64,000 nucleotides of DNA from Candidatus Omnitrophota bacterium (GTDB taxonomy: Bacteria; Omnitrophota; Gorgyraeia; Aquiviventales; Aquiviventaceae), in NCBI GenBank assembly GCA_023247255.1, contig JAHFGV010000007.1, positions 6,602 through 70,601 of the forward strand, written 5' to 3'. The translations under genes and the position numbers were made by a program. Shown piece by piece: positions 39,306 to 49,040 of this stretch. Under the pieces are notes generated by a model that was given only the letters and a program-made list of their open reading frames with translations, did no database searches and was not told the DNA's origin. How positions within the stretch are numbered: position 1 is the first letter of the stretch; each line of letters starts with the position of its first letter.

Positions 39306-40916
39306 TTGCCCTATCTATTACCCTTCATGGTGAGTGTGGTCACCCGTATAGATTCTCCTGCATGGGCCGAGGGAAATTCCCAGCCGACAACCGGTGATGC
39401 CTTAGTGAGTGCCTCCATCGGTGATGCGAGCCGCCTTTTGCCTCTTCTGGCCAGTGACAGCGCATCCGGAGAGATCGCTGGCCTTGTCTTCAACGGTTTG
39501 CTCAAATACAACGAACGGCTGGAGATCGTCGGGGATCTTGCCGAAACGTGGCAGGTGACGGATGCGGGATTGAGCCTGACATTCATCCTGAAACCGAATG
39601 CCCGTTGGCACGATGGCATACCCGTTACCAGTGCCGATGTCCGATTCACCTATGAGAAATTAGTCGATCCCAATGTCCACACCCCTTATTCCAGCAGCTA
39701 TGAACTCATTGACTCCGTAGAGGTCATCGATCAGCGAACCATCCGGTTTCGCTACCGGGAGCCTTTTGCGCCTGCCTTGGAGAGCTGGATGATGGGAATC
39801 CTTCCTAAGCATCTTCTGGAGCATGAGGACCTCAACACCACAGCCTCGTTGCGGCATCCGATTGGCAGCGGGCCCTATCGCTTCGTGCGATGGAAGACAG
39901 GCCAGTTGATCGAACTGCACGCCAACGACGACTATTTCGAGCACCGACCCTACGTGGACCGGTATCTGTTCCGAGTGATCCCGGATCAGGCCACGCTTTT
40001 TCTAGAACTGCTCACAGGATCTGTCGATCTGGCGGAGCTTAGCCCGCTTCAGTACCAACGGCAGACAGACAATCCTTACGTTCGGCAACACTACCAGAAA
40101 TTCCGGTATCCCTCGTTTGGCTTCACCTATCTGGGATACAACTTCACCGATCCCCGATTCATGGATGGGCGGGTACGTCAAGCCTTCAATCTGGCGATCG
40201 ACAAGCAGGCCATTATTGACGGTGTCCTGTTTGGGCTGGGAACAGTCTCAACCGGTCCTTATCCCAAGGAGTCCTGGGCTTATGAGCCCAGCATTGCCGC
40301 ACCGGCGCGAGATTTCGAAAAAGCCAAAGCACTCTTGGCGGAAGCCGGCTGGCAGGATCGTGACAAAGATGGACGCTTGGAGAAAGACGGACAGCCTTTT
40401 GCCTTTACCCTGATTACCAACCAAGGCAACGAGGTTCGGCGTCAGGTCGCGGAATTGGTTCAACGACAGCTTAGGGAACTGGGCATCGATGTGAAAATAC
40501 GCATCCTCGAGTGGAGCACGTTCGTGCATGAGTTCATTGACAAGCGACGGTTTGAGGTCGTGCTGCTTGGATGGAGTCTCTCGCGCGATCCGGATCTCTA
40601 TGACCTGTTTCATTCCTCGAAAACAAAAGAAGGAGAGTATAATTTCGTCAGTTATGCAAATCCAGAGGTGGATCAACTGCTCATCGAGGGACGACGCACT
40701 TTCGATCCTTCGAGGCGGCAGGAGATTTACCGGCAAATCCACCGTCGCCTTTATGAAGACCAGCCCTACACGTTTTTGTTCGTACCTAACGCCTTGCCGA
40801 TTGTCCACGCGCGATTCCGTAACATCCAACCCACGCCTATTGGGATCGCCTATAATCTCATCGACTGGTACGTGCCTCGTGAAGAACAACGCTACCGTGC
40901 GCTGATGCAACCCTAA
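39306..40916 (+). CDS. ABC transporter substrate-binding protein, family 5 (OppA/DppA-like peptide/nickel binding)
   Basis: SBP_bac_5-type sequence throughout (e.g. FTYLGYNFTDP, LITNQGNEVR). Confidence 0.75.
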   Translation: MPYLLPFMVSVVTRIDSPAWAEGNSQPTTGDALVSASIGDASRLLPLLASDSASGEIAGLVFNGLLKYNERLEIVGDLAETWQVTDAGLSLTFILKPNARWHDGIPVTSADVRFTYEKLVDPNVHTPYSSSYELIDSVEVIDQRTIRFRYREPFAPALESWMMGILPKHLLEHEDLNTTASLRHPIGSGPYRFVRWKTGQLIELHANDDYFEHRPYVDRYLFRVIPDQATLFLELLTGSVDLAELSPLQYQRQTDNPYVRQHYQKFRYPSFGFTYLGYNFTDPRFMDGRVRQAFNLAIDKQAIIDGVLFGLGTVSTGPYPKESWAYEPSIAAPARDFEKAKALLAEAGWQDRDKDGRLEKDGQPFAFTLITNQGNEVRRQVAELVQRQLRELGIDVKIRILEWSTFVHEFIDKRRFEVVLLGWSLSRDPDLYDLFHSSKTKEGEYNFVSYANPEVDQLLIEGRRTFDPSRRQEIYRQIHRRLYEDQPYTFLFVPNALPIVHARFRNIQPTPIGIAYNLIDWYVPREEQRYRALMQP

Positions 40917-40999
40917 CCTCAGCAGATAGCACATAGCTCGATAGCAGATAGAAAATGACGAACCATCCTTCACCTTGATATCTATCTGCTATCTGCTAA

Positions 41000-41277
41000 C
41001 TGATGTTTTGCAAAATGCATCGAGGTTAGTGGCAGCGCTCACGTCTGTTTCACGGGTCATGTGTTATGTGTCATGAAAGACTGTTTCATGTTTCATGTTT
41101 CATGTGTCATGAGTCATGGAAAGCAAAAGGCGTACTTTGGCCGTGCTTGAGATGCCTGTTTATTTTCTGCTTTTTTCATGACACATGACTCATGAAACAT
41201 GACACAATCCTCATTACTTCTCTTTGGAAATGACACGACACTCGGTCAACGCGTTGGCTATTTTTGCAAAAGCCCAG
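41000..41277 (+). mobile_element. catgacac-family MITE, copy B
   Basis: CTGATGTTTTGCAAAATGCATCGAGGTTAGTGGCAGCGCTCACGTCTG ... TTTCATG/CATGACAC tandem core ... CGGTCAACGCGTTGGCTATTTTTGCAAAAGCCCAG. Both ends carry the TTTTGCAAAA palindrome. Confidence 0.65.
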
Positions 41278-41351
41278 TGCTAAGTGCTATGTGCCACGTT
41301 ATAGAATAGGTCTAATGTGTCATTTATTTTTGCGAAGCGCACTGATTTGAC

Positions 41352-42341
41352 ATGGTCACTTATCTCATTCGCCGTCTGATCGGTTTGATTCCTGCACTTG
41401 CCTGGATTACCGTTATTTCGTTTGCGATCATCCATTTGGCTCCAGGAAAACCCACCGACGCTGCAGGTGCCTTCAACCCCAAAGCCTCTCTGGAAGCCCG
41501 CCAGCGACTGGAAAAACTCTATGGGCTTGACCGTCCCATCCCTGTGCAATACCTGGACTGGTTGGGGCGCACCCTGCGTCTGGATTTCGGCCGCTCGTTT
41601 TTGGATGATCGCCCTGTGATTGAAAAAATTCAGGAGCGTCTGCCCATTACGCTGCTCATCAATAGCGTGGCGTTAATCCTGATGCTGGGCCTTTGCATTC
41701 CTCTAGGAGTTTTTGCAGCGGTTCGTCCAGACAGCCTCTGGGACCGTTGCACGACCGTATGGGTGTTTCTCGGTTATTCGATCCCCTCTTTCTGGCTGGC
41801 TCTTTTGTGTATGGCCTATTTCGGGGTTCATTTGCACTGGCTACCCATCAGTGGTCTCTATAGCCTCGATCACGACTGGATGGGACCCATAGCCCGGATG
41901 ATGGACATCGCGCATCACATCATCCTTCCAATCGGGGTCATCGTATTCGTGGGTTTAGCGGGTTTGTCTCGCTACGTGCGTTCCAGCATGGTTGAGGTTT
42001 TGCAAAAGGACTATATCCGGACGGCACGGGCCAAGGGATTGTCGGAACGACGCGTGCTGTTCCACCATGGCTTAAGGAATGCCTTACTTTCAATCATCAC
42101 GATTCTAGGGCTGTCATTGCCTGATCTCATCACAGGCAGTGTGATCATGGAAACCGTTTTCTCCATTCCCGGTATGGGCCGGCTTTTTTACGATGCGGTC
42201 ATGGCGAGGGACTATTCGGTGATTATGGCTCTGGTAACCATCGGCGCCATCCTAACCCTGTTCGGCAATCTTCTGGCCGACATTGCCTATGCTTACACAG
42301 ATCCGAGGATTCGAGTGGGGACAGCATTAACAGAATGCTGA
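41352..42341 (+). CDS. ABC peptide/nickel transporter permease (OppB/DppB-like)
   Basis: BPD_transp_1 signature region: FVGLAGLSRYVRSSMVEVLQKDYIRTARAKGLSERRVLFHHGLRNAL. Confidence 0.8.
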   Translation: MVTYLIRRLIGLIPALAWITVISFAIIHLAPGKPTDAAGAFNPKASLEARQRLEKLYGLDRPIPVQYLDWLGRTLRLDFGRSFLDDRPVIEKIQERLPITLLINSVALILMLGLCIPLGVFAAVRPDSLWDRCTTVWVFLGYSIPSFWLALLCMAYFGVHLHWLPISGLYSLDHDWMGPIARMMDIAHHIILPIGVIVFVGLAGLSRYVRSSMVEVLQKDYIRTARAKGLSERRVLFHHGLRNALLSIITILGLSLPDLITGSVIMETVFSIPGMGRLFYDAVMARDYSVIMALVTIGAILTLFGNLLADIAYAYTDPRIRVGTALTEC

Positions 42342-42344
42342 AAA

Positions 42345-42500
42345 ACCCATTTTGGATCTAGGCTGAGAGAATTTTCGATTATAGATTTTGGATCGTCGAT
42401 TGGAAAACACAACAAATCGACAATCGAAAATTGACAATCGACGATTCGTTGGGCCTTAAGCCAAAAGCCTTGAGCAAACAGGTATTTTCCGCAGCCTGCT
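42345..42500. repeat. repeat family ATGCTGAAAAACCCATTTTGG...TGAGCAAACAGG..TTTTCCGCAGCCTGC, copy 2 (interior made of CGATTG-rich inverted arms)
   Basis: The same ends as 20099-20240. The element begins at the TGA stop of the upstream permease gene. Confidence 0.5.
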
Positions 42501-42526
42501 AAAAGATACAGGGTGAAGAACGTGTA

Positions 42527-43342
42527 ATGGCTAATCTTCTAAAAAATCATCTGGCGAGGGCAGGTGCGTTTATTCTAGCAATACTTGCCTTGATCGCGAC
42601 TTTAGCGCCCTGGCTGGCCCCCTATGATCCCCTGGCGGTTAATCTTCCTGAAGCGCTTTTTCCGCCATCGAGCGTTCACTGGCTGGGTACAGATCCGCTC
42701 GGTCGTGATGTGCTCAGCCGTTTGATCTATGGAACAAGAATTTCCCTGGTTATCGGGTTTATCGCAGTCGGGGTGGCGGTAGTCATTGGCAGTGCGATCG
42801 GTGTGATCGCCGGCTTCTTTGGCGGTTGGCTCGATAGTCTGCTGATGCGCTTGGTGGATACGATGCTTTCTTTCCCATCGATTTTCCTGTTGCTTGCCAT
42901 CATTGCAATCGTCGAGCCGAGCATCTACACCATCATGATCGTCATTGGAATGACGAGTTGGATGGGCGTGGCGCGTCTGGTACGGGCAGAGGTCTTAAGT
43001 CTCAAGGAACGGGAATTCGTGCTTGCCGCCAAGGGTCTGGGCGCTTCATCGAGTCGGATCATTCTTAAACATCTTTTGCCAAACGCCATCGGTCCTGTGT
43101 GGGTAGCAGCAACCCTGGGTGTCGGCAGTGCGATTCTAACGGAATCCATCTTGAGTTACCTGGGACTCGGCGTCCAACCTCCCACGCCAAGCTGGGGAAA
43201 CATCTTGAACGAGGGGCGCATCGCCTTGGGACTTGCCTGGTGGCTCACCCTTATTCCTGGGGTGTGCATCCTCGTCACTGTTTTGTCCTTCAACCTGCTG
43301 GGTGAGGGTTTGCGCGAATGGATGCATCGTCCGCACAACTAA
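42527..43342 (+). CDS. ABC peptide/nickel transporter permease (OppC/DppC-like)
   Basis: N-terminal OppC_N-like region followed by a BPD_transp_1 domain. Confidence 0.8.
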   Translation: MANLLKNHLARAGAFILAILALIATLAPWLAPYDPLAVNLPEALFPPSSVHWLGTDPLGRDVLSRLIYGTRISLVIGFIAVGVAVVIGSAIGVIAGFFGGWLDSLLMRLVDTMLSFPSIFLLLAIIAIVEPSIYTIMIVIGMTSWMGVARLVRAEVLSLKEREFVLAAKGLGASSSRIILKHLLPNAIGPVWVAATLGVGSAILTESILSYLGLGVQPPTPSWGNILNEGRIALGLAWWLTLIPGVCILVTVLSFNLLGEGLREWMHRPHN

Positions 43343-43421
43343 CACTACGTGTCTTCGATTGTCGATTGTCGATTTCCGATTCCAATCGACGATCGACGAT
43401 TTTCAATCGGCTAATGACTCC

Positions 43422-44222
43422 ATGTCCCTGCTGAGGGTCGATGATCTTTCGGTCTGCTATCAGACTGGCGATCAAAAAGTCCTTGCGGTAGACCAAGTGA
43501 GTTTTTCCATCGAGCCGGGTGAGATTGTGGCAATCATTGGAGAATCGGGCTCTGGAAAGTCAAGCCTGGCTTTGGCCATCACCCGCCTCTTGCCTCGATC
43601 CTCGGCTCAAATATGCGCTCGAAGAATTCTTTTCGAGGACACCGATCTGTTGGAAGCTTCTGAGGCAAGCTTGAGGAATATCCGAGGAGGCCGGATTTCT
43701 TACGTGTTTCAGGACCCCTCCAGTTCCCTCAATCCCGTTCTCACCATCGGGGAGCAACTGCGGGAGACGATTCTCACCCACACCCGTTGCCGAAAATCCG
43801 AGGCCGACCCTCCGTCTCTGGAGTGGCTGAGGAAAGTCGGCATTCCCCAGGAACACCTTCGCCTGTCGGCCTATCCCCATGAGTTCTCCGGAGGCATGCA
43901 GCAGCGGGTAATGATCGCCATGGCCATGGCTTCTAGGCCGGCCTTACTCATTGCCGATGAGCCAACCTCTGCTTTGGATGTAACGGTTCAGGTCCAGATC
44001 CTACGATTGCTTCGAGAATTTCAGCAACGATTTGGGCTCGCCATTCTTCTCATTTGCCATGACCTGTTAATCGTCCGCCGCTTGGCTCAACGCGTGATGG
44101 TGCTCTATCAGGGACGAGTCGTGGAGACAGGAGCGGTGAATCACGTGTTTGAGCAACCGGCTCACCCCTACACCCGACGATTGCTTGAAGCCCGCGCCTA
44201 CCTCAGCGGACCCCTGAAGTGA
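43422..44222 (+). CDS. ABC transporter ATP-binding protein (OppD/DppD-like)
   Basis: Walker A GESGSGKSS, signature LSGGMQQRV and Walker B LLIADEPTSALD. Start chosen at ATG 43422 (MSLLRVDDLSV). Confidence 0.8.
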   Translation: MSLLRVDDLSVCYQTGDQKVLAVDQVSFSIEPGEIVAIIGESGSGKSSLALAITRLLPRSSAQICARRILFEDTDLLEASEASLRNIRGGRISYVFQDPSSSLNPVLTIGEQLRETILTHTRCRKSEADPPSLEWLRKVGIPQEHLRLSAYPHEFSGGMQQRVMIAMAMASRPALLIADEPTSALDVTVQVQILRLLREFQQRFGLAILLICHDLLIVRRLAQRVMVLYQGRVVETGAVNHVFEQPAHPYTRRLLEARAYLSGPLK

Positions 44223-44239
44223 AGCTGAAGTGGAGAATA

Positions 44240-45046
44240 ATGGCAGAGCCGATTCTAATCGCCGATAAGCTGAGTAAGACGTTTTCAATCCGTGGGGGAT
44301 TTTGGCAAGGGCCTGCAGGAAAGATTGAAGCGGTCAAGGAAGTTAGCTGTGAATTATCCGCTGGGCAAACCCTGGGGCTAGTCGGAGAATCCGGCTGCGG
44401 GAAATCCACGCTTGCTAAACTACTCGTTGGCCTGCTTGAGCCCACAAGCGGTGAGGTGCGTCTGAAAGGACAATTGTTCTCCAAACTCAAGGGATCGGTC
44501 TTACGCATGGCTCGACGCAGCGTTCAATTGATCTTTCAGAATCCCACGACTAGCCTGAACCCCCGCATGCGCGTGGAAAGCCTTTTGAGCGAGCCTCTGA
44601 TCATCCATCGATTCGTTTCAAGCCGGACCGAGCGCGTGCGCCGCGTGGAGGCGCTGCTGGATCGGGTGCAACTACCGGCTCATTATCGCCGACGATTCCC
44701 GCATGAACTAAGCGGCGGAGAGCGTCAACGCATCGGAATCGCCCGGGCTCTGGCTGTAGAGCCGCAGATCTTGATTTGTGACGAGCCGATTGCTTCTCTC
44801 GACATCTCGGTAGGTTCCCAAATCCTCCAGTTGCTGAAGCAACTGCATGAAACGAAAAAGATGGCGCTTGTTTTCATCTCACACGACTTAGGAGCCGTAT
44901 CCAGCCTGTGCGAGCGGATCGCGGTCATGCAACAAGGCCGTTTGGTCGAAATCGCACCGACCACTCAGATCCTCAAAACCCCGCAGCTTCCTTACACGCA
45001 ACTGTTACTGCGTTGTGCCAAGCTGGATCTGGATGTATACGGATGA
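44240..45046 (+). CDS. ABC transporter ATP-binding protein (OppF/DppF-like)
   Basis: Walker A GESGCGKST, signature LSGGERQRI and Walker B ILICDEPIASLD. Confidence 0.8.
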   Translation: MAEPILIADKLSKTFSIRGGFWQGPAGKIEAVKEVSCELSAGQTLGLVGESGCGKSTLAKLLVGLLEPTSGEVRLKGQLFSKLKGSVLRMARRSVQLIFQNPTTSLNPRMRVESLLSEPLIIHRFVSSRTERVRRVEALLDRVQLPAHYRRRFPHELSGGERQRIGIARALAVEPQILICDEPIASLDISVGSQILQLLKQLHETKKMALVFISHDLGAVSSLCERIAVMQQGRLVEIAPTTQILKTPQLPYTQLLLRCAKLDLDVYG

Positions 45047-45081
45047 TCCCTGATGGGTGCTTGTTTCTGTTTTTCTCATCA

Positions 45082-45352
45082 CTGAGGTTTTGCAAAATGT
45101 ATCGAGGTTAGTGGTAGTGCTCACGTCTGTGTCATGAGTCATGTGTTATGTGTCATGAAAGACTGTTTCATGTTTCATGTGTCATGAGTCATGGAAAGCA
45201 AAAGGCGTACTTTGGCCGTGCTTGAGATGCCTGTTTATTTTCTGCTTTTTTCATGACACATGACTCATGAAACATGACACAATCCTCATTACTTCTCTTG
45301 GGAAATGACACGACACTCGGTCAACGCGTTGGCTATTTTTGCAAAAGCCCAG
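45082..45352 (+). mobile_element. catgacac-family MITE, copy C
   Basis: Near-identical to copy B over ~270 bp. Confidence 0.65.
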
Positions 45353-45387
45353 TCATCATGTGGACTTGCAATTGACAGTTCGAGGTT

Positions 45388-45792
45388 ATGGAGAAGCTTA
45401 TCATGAAACAGAACAGCCTTTTGCGCTGTAAAGGGTTCGCCCTCTCTGAGGTACTGGTGGCAGTTGTCTTATTGAGTATCGGTATTGTGTCGGTTCTGTT
45501 CAACCTAAGCCAAGGCATCATTCATCTGAGGGAAAACCACGGCGGTCTTGTTGCGAAAGCAGCCATTCGACGCCAGATCGAGTCTCTCCATAACCAACCC
45601 TTTGCCCAAGTGGCTGCTCTTCCACCCTTTAGCCCGTTTACTATAGGACTGGAATCTCTGGACAACGCCCAGGGTATGGTTTGGGTCGAACAGGATAATG
45701 GCAGGGCAGATATCCTGAAGGTTACTGTTACCGTTTCCATCGGTGCCGGTCGGAGTTTCCGCATCGCCACATTAATTTCCCGCTCTCCCTGA
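45388..45792 (+). CDS. PilV/GspI-like prepilin-type protein (paralog of 34524-35018)
   Basis: KGFALSEVLVAVVLLSIGIV prepilin N-terminal motif. Confidence 0.55.
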   Translation: MEKLIMKQNSLLRCKGFALSEVLVAVVLLSIGIVSVLFNLSQGIIHLRENHGGLVAKAAIRRQIESLHNQPFAQVAALPPFSPFTIGLESLDNAQGMVWVEQDNGRADILKVTVTVSIGAGRSFRIATLISRSP

Positions 45793-45801
45793 AGGGTACG
45801 C

Positions 45802-46410
45802 ATGCATCGAGATTCTCTTTGGCAAAAGCAAATAGGAGCCACACTCATCGAATTATTGGTCCTAGCCGGTATAGACGTCGTCCTGGGGACCGTCTTACTC
45901 CAACTGGGAAGGACCGTTTCCAATGTGATGGCGACTATCAATGGGCAGGGTCAGATCCAACCCCAATTAACTGCAGCGATGGACGCATTAACGCAGGATC
46001 TGCGTCTTGCTGAAGGAGTGGATGCTGGTGGCGCCTACACCTTCAGCTACAACGAAGATCTGGACAGTACCGATGACGGTCATGCCACCCTCATGCTACG
46101 ACTGGCAGCAGTGGATGCGACAGGAGATCCTCTGATGCCGAGGGTGTTCGACGGCATCATCTACGATTTTGATCAGACTACGGGGGATCTCCAACGTATC
46201 GTAGACGCTTGGGACATTGCGGGTAGTCGTCGGAGTGTCTCCCCAGGCCTGGATGATGTTCATGTAGTGGGTCGCAACATCAGCAGTATCGTATTCGATG
46301 GCAGTGTTGACAACCAGTTGACCATCCACTTATCTGCGAGCAAGGCAGAACGCGGGTTTTTGTTTCAGGCACCGCTTGTCTTTACGGTCAAGTTGCGCAA
46401 TGACTCCTAG
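45802..46410 (+). CDS. PilW/GspJ-like prepilin-type protein (paralog of 33850-34527)
   Basis: GATLIELLVLAGID motif. IIYDFDQTTGDLQRIV aligns with IVYTYDPATRQLSRVI of the other copy. Confidence 0.55.
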   Translation: MHRDSLWQKQIGATLIELLVLAGIDVVLGTVLLQLGRTVSNVMATINGQGQIQPQLTAAMDALTQDLRLAEGVDAGGAYTFSYNEDLDSTDDGHATLMLRLAAVDATGDPLMPRVFDGIIYDFDQTTGDLQRIVDAWDIAGSRRSVSPGLDDVHVVGRNISSIVFDGSVDNQLTIHLSASKAERGFLFQAPLVFTVKLRNDS

Positions 46411-47248
46411 CGTTCATCTCAAAATCACTCTCAATTTATATCGATCGCGGCCGAGGGCTCAACGAGGCGCTGCGCTGCTTTTGTTGACGCTGCTTGTGGA
46501 CGCCGTTCTTTTGCTCACTGTTCTTGGTTATTCTCCATTCTTCCAAACCGTCATTTTGTCTACCCACCGTTCCTATCTCCGAGATCAGTCTGTCGCCCTC
46601 GCTGAAGCAGGCCTGCATGAAGCACTCTGGGAAATCAACTACGGTGGGAGGGATTTTCTGGGCTGGACGGATGTCTCAGCGGAGCCTACTTGTGCTGACC
46701 TTGGAGGAACGACCTGTTTTGCACGCAACTCGGTTGCTCTATCCGCTGGCGATGGGTCTGGACAGAATATCGGAAGTTTCAGCGTGCTTGTGGTCAATCC
46801 CGGCTCGACCAATCCGATCATCCGCTCGCAAGGATTCCTTAGGACAACGAGCCTCTCTACAACCATCCGCGTTCCCTTGCGCAGAACCCAGACGACTTTC
46901 CGATATGCTGCATTTGGAGTGTTAGACATTGCTGGCGACAGCACTATCGATAGCTACTCTGGCACCTATGACCCGGCCAATCCAGGAACCCATGGCGATA
47001 TTGGGACCGGCGCAACAAACGGAATAAGCGGTGTAGGGATTACAGGCAACGCAACGGTGAATGGAACACTCTACGCACCAGAATCCCTGACTAATGATCC
47101 CTATGGTCTTGGCATGGTCTCCGGTGGGTTCATCCTTCAGAATCCGGAAGAGATTCTAGATATTGTAGTTCCCTCAGACCTACTCAGCGCTTCCAATCAG
47201 GGCACACTCACACGAAACGCTCCCCGTTTGAACTGGACTCTGGAATAA
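46376..47248 (+). CDS. PilX/GspK-like minor pilin, truncated relative to its 538-aa paralog
   Basis: QRGAALLLLTLLVDAVLLLTV N-terminus. It aligns with the N-terminal ~300 aa of the 32056-33672 product (TFRYAAFGVLDIAGDSTIDSY vs DFRYAAYADDYLWIDNQVTIDSY) and ends just before the IS3 element. Confidence 0.55.
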   Translation: MSLRSSCAMTPSVHLKITLNLYRSRPRAQRGAALLLLTLLVDAVLLLTVLGYSPFFQTVILSTHRSYLRDQSVALAEAGLHEALWEINYGGRDFLGWTDVSAEPTCADLGGTTCFARNSVALSAGDGSGQNIGSFSVLVVNPGSTNPIIRSQGFLRTTSLSTTIRVPLRRTQTTFRYAAFGVLDIAGDSTIDSYSGTYDPANPGTHGDIGTGATNGISGVGITGNATVNGTLYAPESLTNDPYGLGMVSGGFILQNPEEILDIVVPSDLLSASNQGTLTRNAPRLNWTLE

Positions 47249-47283
47249 GGGAGAATGGAGCCAGTTTAAGCGGGGGGTGGTTG

Positions 47284-47589
47284 ATGTCGAGACGAACATG
47301 GACGGTTGAGGAAAAGTTGAGCATCGTGCTGGAGATGTTGAAAGGCCAGGAATCGGTCACGAGCCTCTGCCATCGGCATGGCGTAGCCATGAACCAAGCG
47401 TATCGGTGGCGCGATGTGTTCCTGGAGCGGGGCAAGCATGGCCTCAAGGACCAACGGAATCCGAAGCATCGTGATCCCGTGAAGGAAGAGCTGCAGGCCT
47501 TGCGCGAGTTGGCCGGCTCGCAGGCCCTCATTATCGAGGCCCAAAAAAAGCTCGCGGGCCTGCCGGGGTTCGGGACCAACGGCGCATGA
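47284..47589 (+). CDS. IS3-family transposase OrfA (HTH)
   Basis: MSRRTWTVEEKLSIVLEMLKGQESVTSLCHRHGV... Confidence 0.8.
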   Translation: MSRRTWTVEEKLSIVLEMLKGQESVTSLCHRHGVAMNQAYRWRDVFLERGKHGLKDQRNPKHRDPVKEELQALRELAGSQALIIEAQKKLAGLPGFGTNGA

Positions 47590-48439
47590 CGAAGCAACTG
47601 ATGACCGAACAAGACTTGTTGCTGACGCAGGCGTGTCAGGCGGTGGGCTTGGCCAAGAGTAGCTGGTACTACCGGCCGCGGCCGCGAGGTCCACGTCCGC
47701 TGAACCCAACACTGGTCGCCGCGATTGAGCGTGTCTGGACTGAGGGCCGTGGGGTCTACGGCTACCGCAAGGTCCATGCGAGACTTCAAGCGCAGGGCTG
47801 GCACGTCAACCACAAGGCCTCTTGCGACATCTCCGAGCGATGCAGCGACTCCAACCGCGCAAGCTCAAAGGCGTCCGGTGGACGCGACCGCGCATGGTGC
47901 ACCCGACACGCAGCAACACGTACTGGGAGATGGACCTGACCTACGTCTGGTGTGGCAGTGGCTTCGGCTACCTCTTCGCGGTGCTCGATGCCTACGACAA
48001 GGGCGTCCCAGGAGCGTGCTTTGGCGATCGCTGCCGGGCGCAGGAGGCGATCCAGGCGCTGGAAGAGGCCGTCGCCGTTCGATTCAACGGGCGTGTGCCG
48101 GATGGCCACACGCTGACGCTGCGCGTGGATCGAGGCAGCCAGTTCATCGCCAGGCGCTTTCGGGAGGTGGCCAAGATGTTGAACATCACGCTGGAGTATA
48201 CGGGCATTCAGTGTCCCGACGACAAGCCGTACATCGAGAGCTTCTTCGGCCACTACAAGACGGAGGAGGTCTACCGCCGTAACTACACGACGCTGGCGGA
48301 GGGCCAAGTCGGGTGGCAGCTTTACCGCATCTGGTATGAGACCGAGCGCGTGCATGAATCCCTGGGCTATGAGGTGCCGCATCAACGCATGGTTACGAAT
48401 CGTCCGACGCTCACAGGCCGAAGCATTGGCGTTGTCTGA
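47586..48439 (+). pseudogene. IS3-family transposase OrfB, frameshifted at about 47815-47825
   Basis: The N-terminal HTH_21-like part (YGYRKVHARLQAQGWHVNHKAS) is in one frame. The DDE integrase core (WEMDLTYVW...LDAYDKG...LRVDRGSQFIA...YIESFFGHYKTEE) continues in another frame. Confidence 0.6.
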
Positions 48440-48452
48440 CAACAGGAGGTAG

Positions 48453-49040
48453 ATGATGAAAAAATTGGTCATCGTTTCAATGGTTGTGCTCGTCGCGAGC
48501 ACGGCCTTAGCGCAGGGGAACAACTACCCGCCGGCGAAGGTCAGCTTCCACGACTTCAAGGAACTGGTCGCGGCCGTCGAGCCGCACAGAGCGGAGCGTT
48601 TGGTCGATCTGGACACGTTCCTGAAGATGAGCCAGGAGCCGAATACGATCATCTTTGATTCTCGGTCGGACTTTCGCTACAACCGCATCCATGTCAAGGG
48701 AGCCAAGCATTTGAGCTTCACTGATTTCACCCAGGAGAACCTGGGGAAGATCATCCCGAGCTTTGACACGCGGATTCTCATCTACTGCAACAACAACTTT
48801 GAAGGCAACCAGACGGATTTTGCCTCCAAGATTGCCCTGCCTGCCTTCATCCGGTCCGGTGACCCTGTGACGGCGCAATTTCAGGTGCAGGAAAAGCCGC
48901 GGATGATGGCGCTCAATATCCCGACGTACGTCAACCTCTTTGGTTATGGGTATCGGAACGTGTACGAGCTTGCTGAGCTCGTCGACGTCAACGACCCACG
49001 AATCGAATTCGAAGGGAGCATCGTGACAAAGCGCGAATGA
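48453..49040 (+). CDS. secreted rhodanese-domain protein
   Basis: Signal peptide MMKKLVIVSMVVLVASTALAQG and a rhodanese fold with active-site loop ILIYCNNNFEGN. Preceded by an AGGAGG Shine-Dalgarno sequence. Confidence 0.6.
   Translation: MMKKLVIVSMVVLVASTALAQGNNYPPAKVSFHDFKELVAAVEPHRAERLVDLDTFLKMSQEPNTIIFDSRSDFRYNRIHVKGAKHLSFTDFTQENLGKIIPSFDTRILIYCNNNFEGNQTDFASKIALPAFIRSGDPVTAQFQVQEKPRMMALNIPTYVNLFGYGYRNVYELAELVDVNDPRIEFEGSIVTKRE

Larger units (their letters stand above)
47250..48445 (+). mobile_element. IS3-family insertion sequence (boundaries approximate; inverted repeats not confidently resolved)
   Basis: Contains orfA (HTH) and orfB (HTH_21 plus DDE rve integrase core). orfA's stop overlaps orfB's ATG (ATGA). 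Confidence 0.7.

Noticed and set aside
47208-48523. Two long minus-strand ORFs (201 and 245 aa) across the IS3 element
   Set aside because: Antisense to a clearly recognisable IS3 orfA/orfB with HTH and DDE motifs; GC-rich antisense artefacts.
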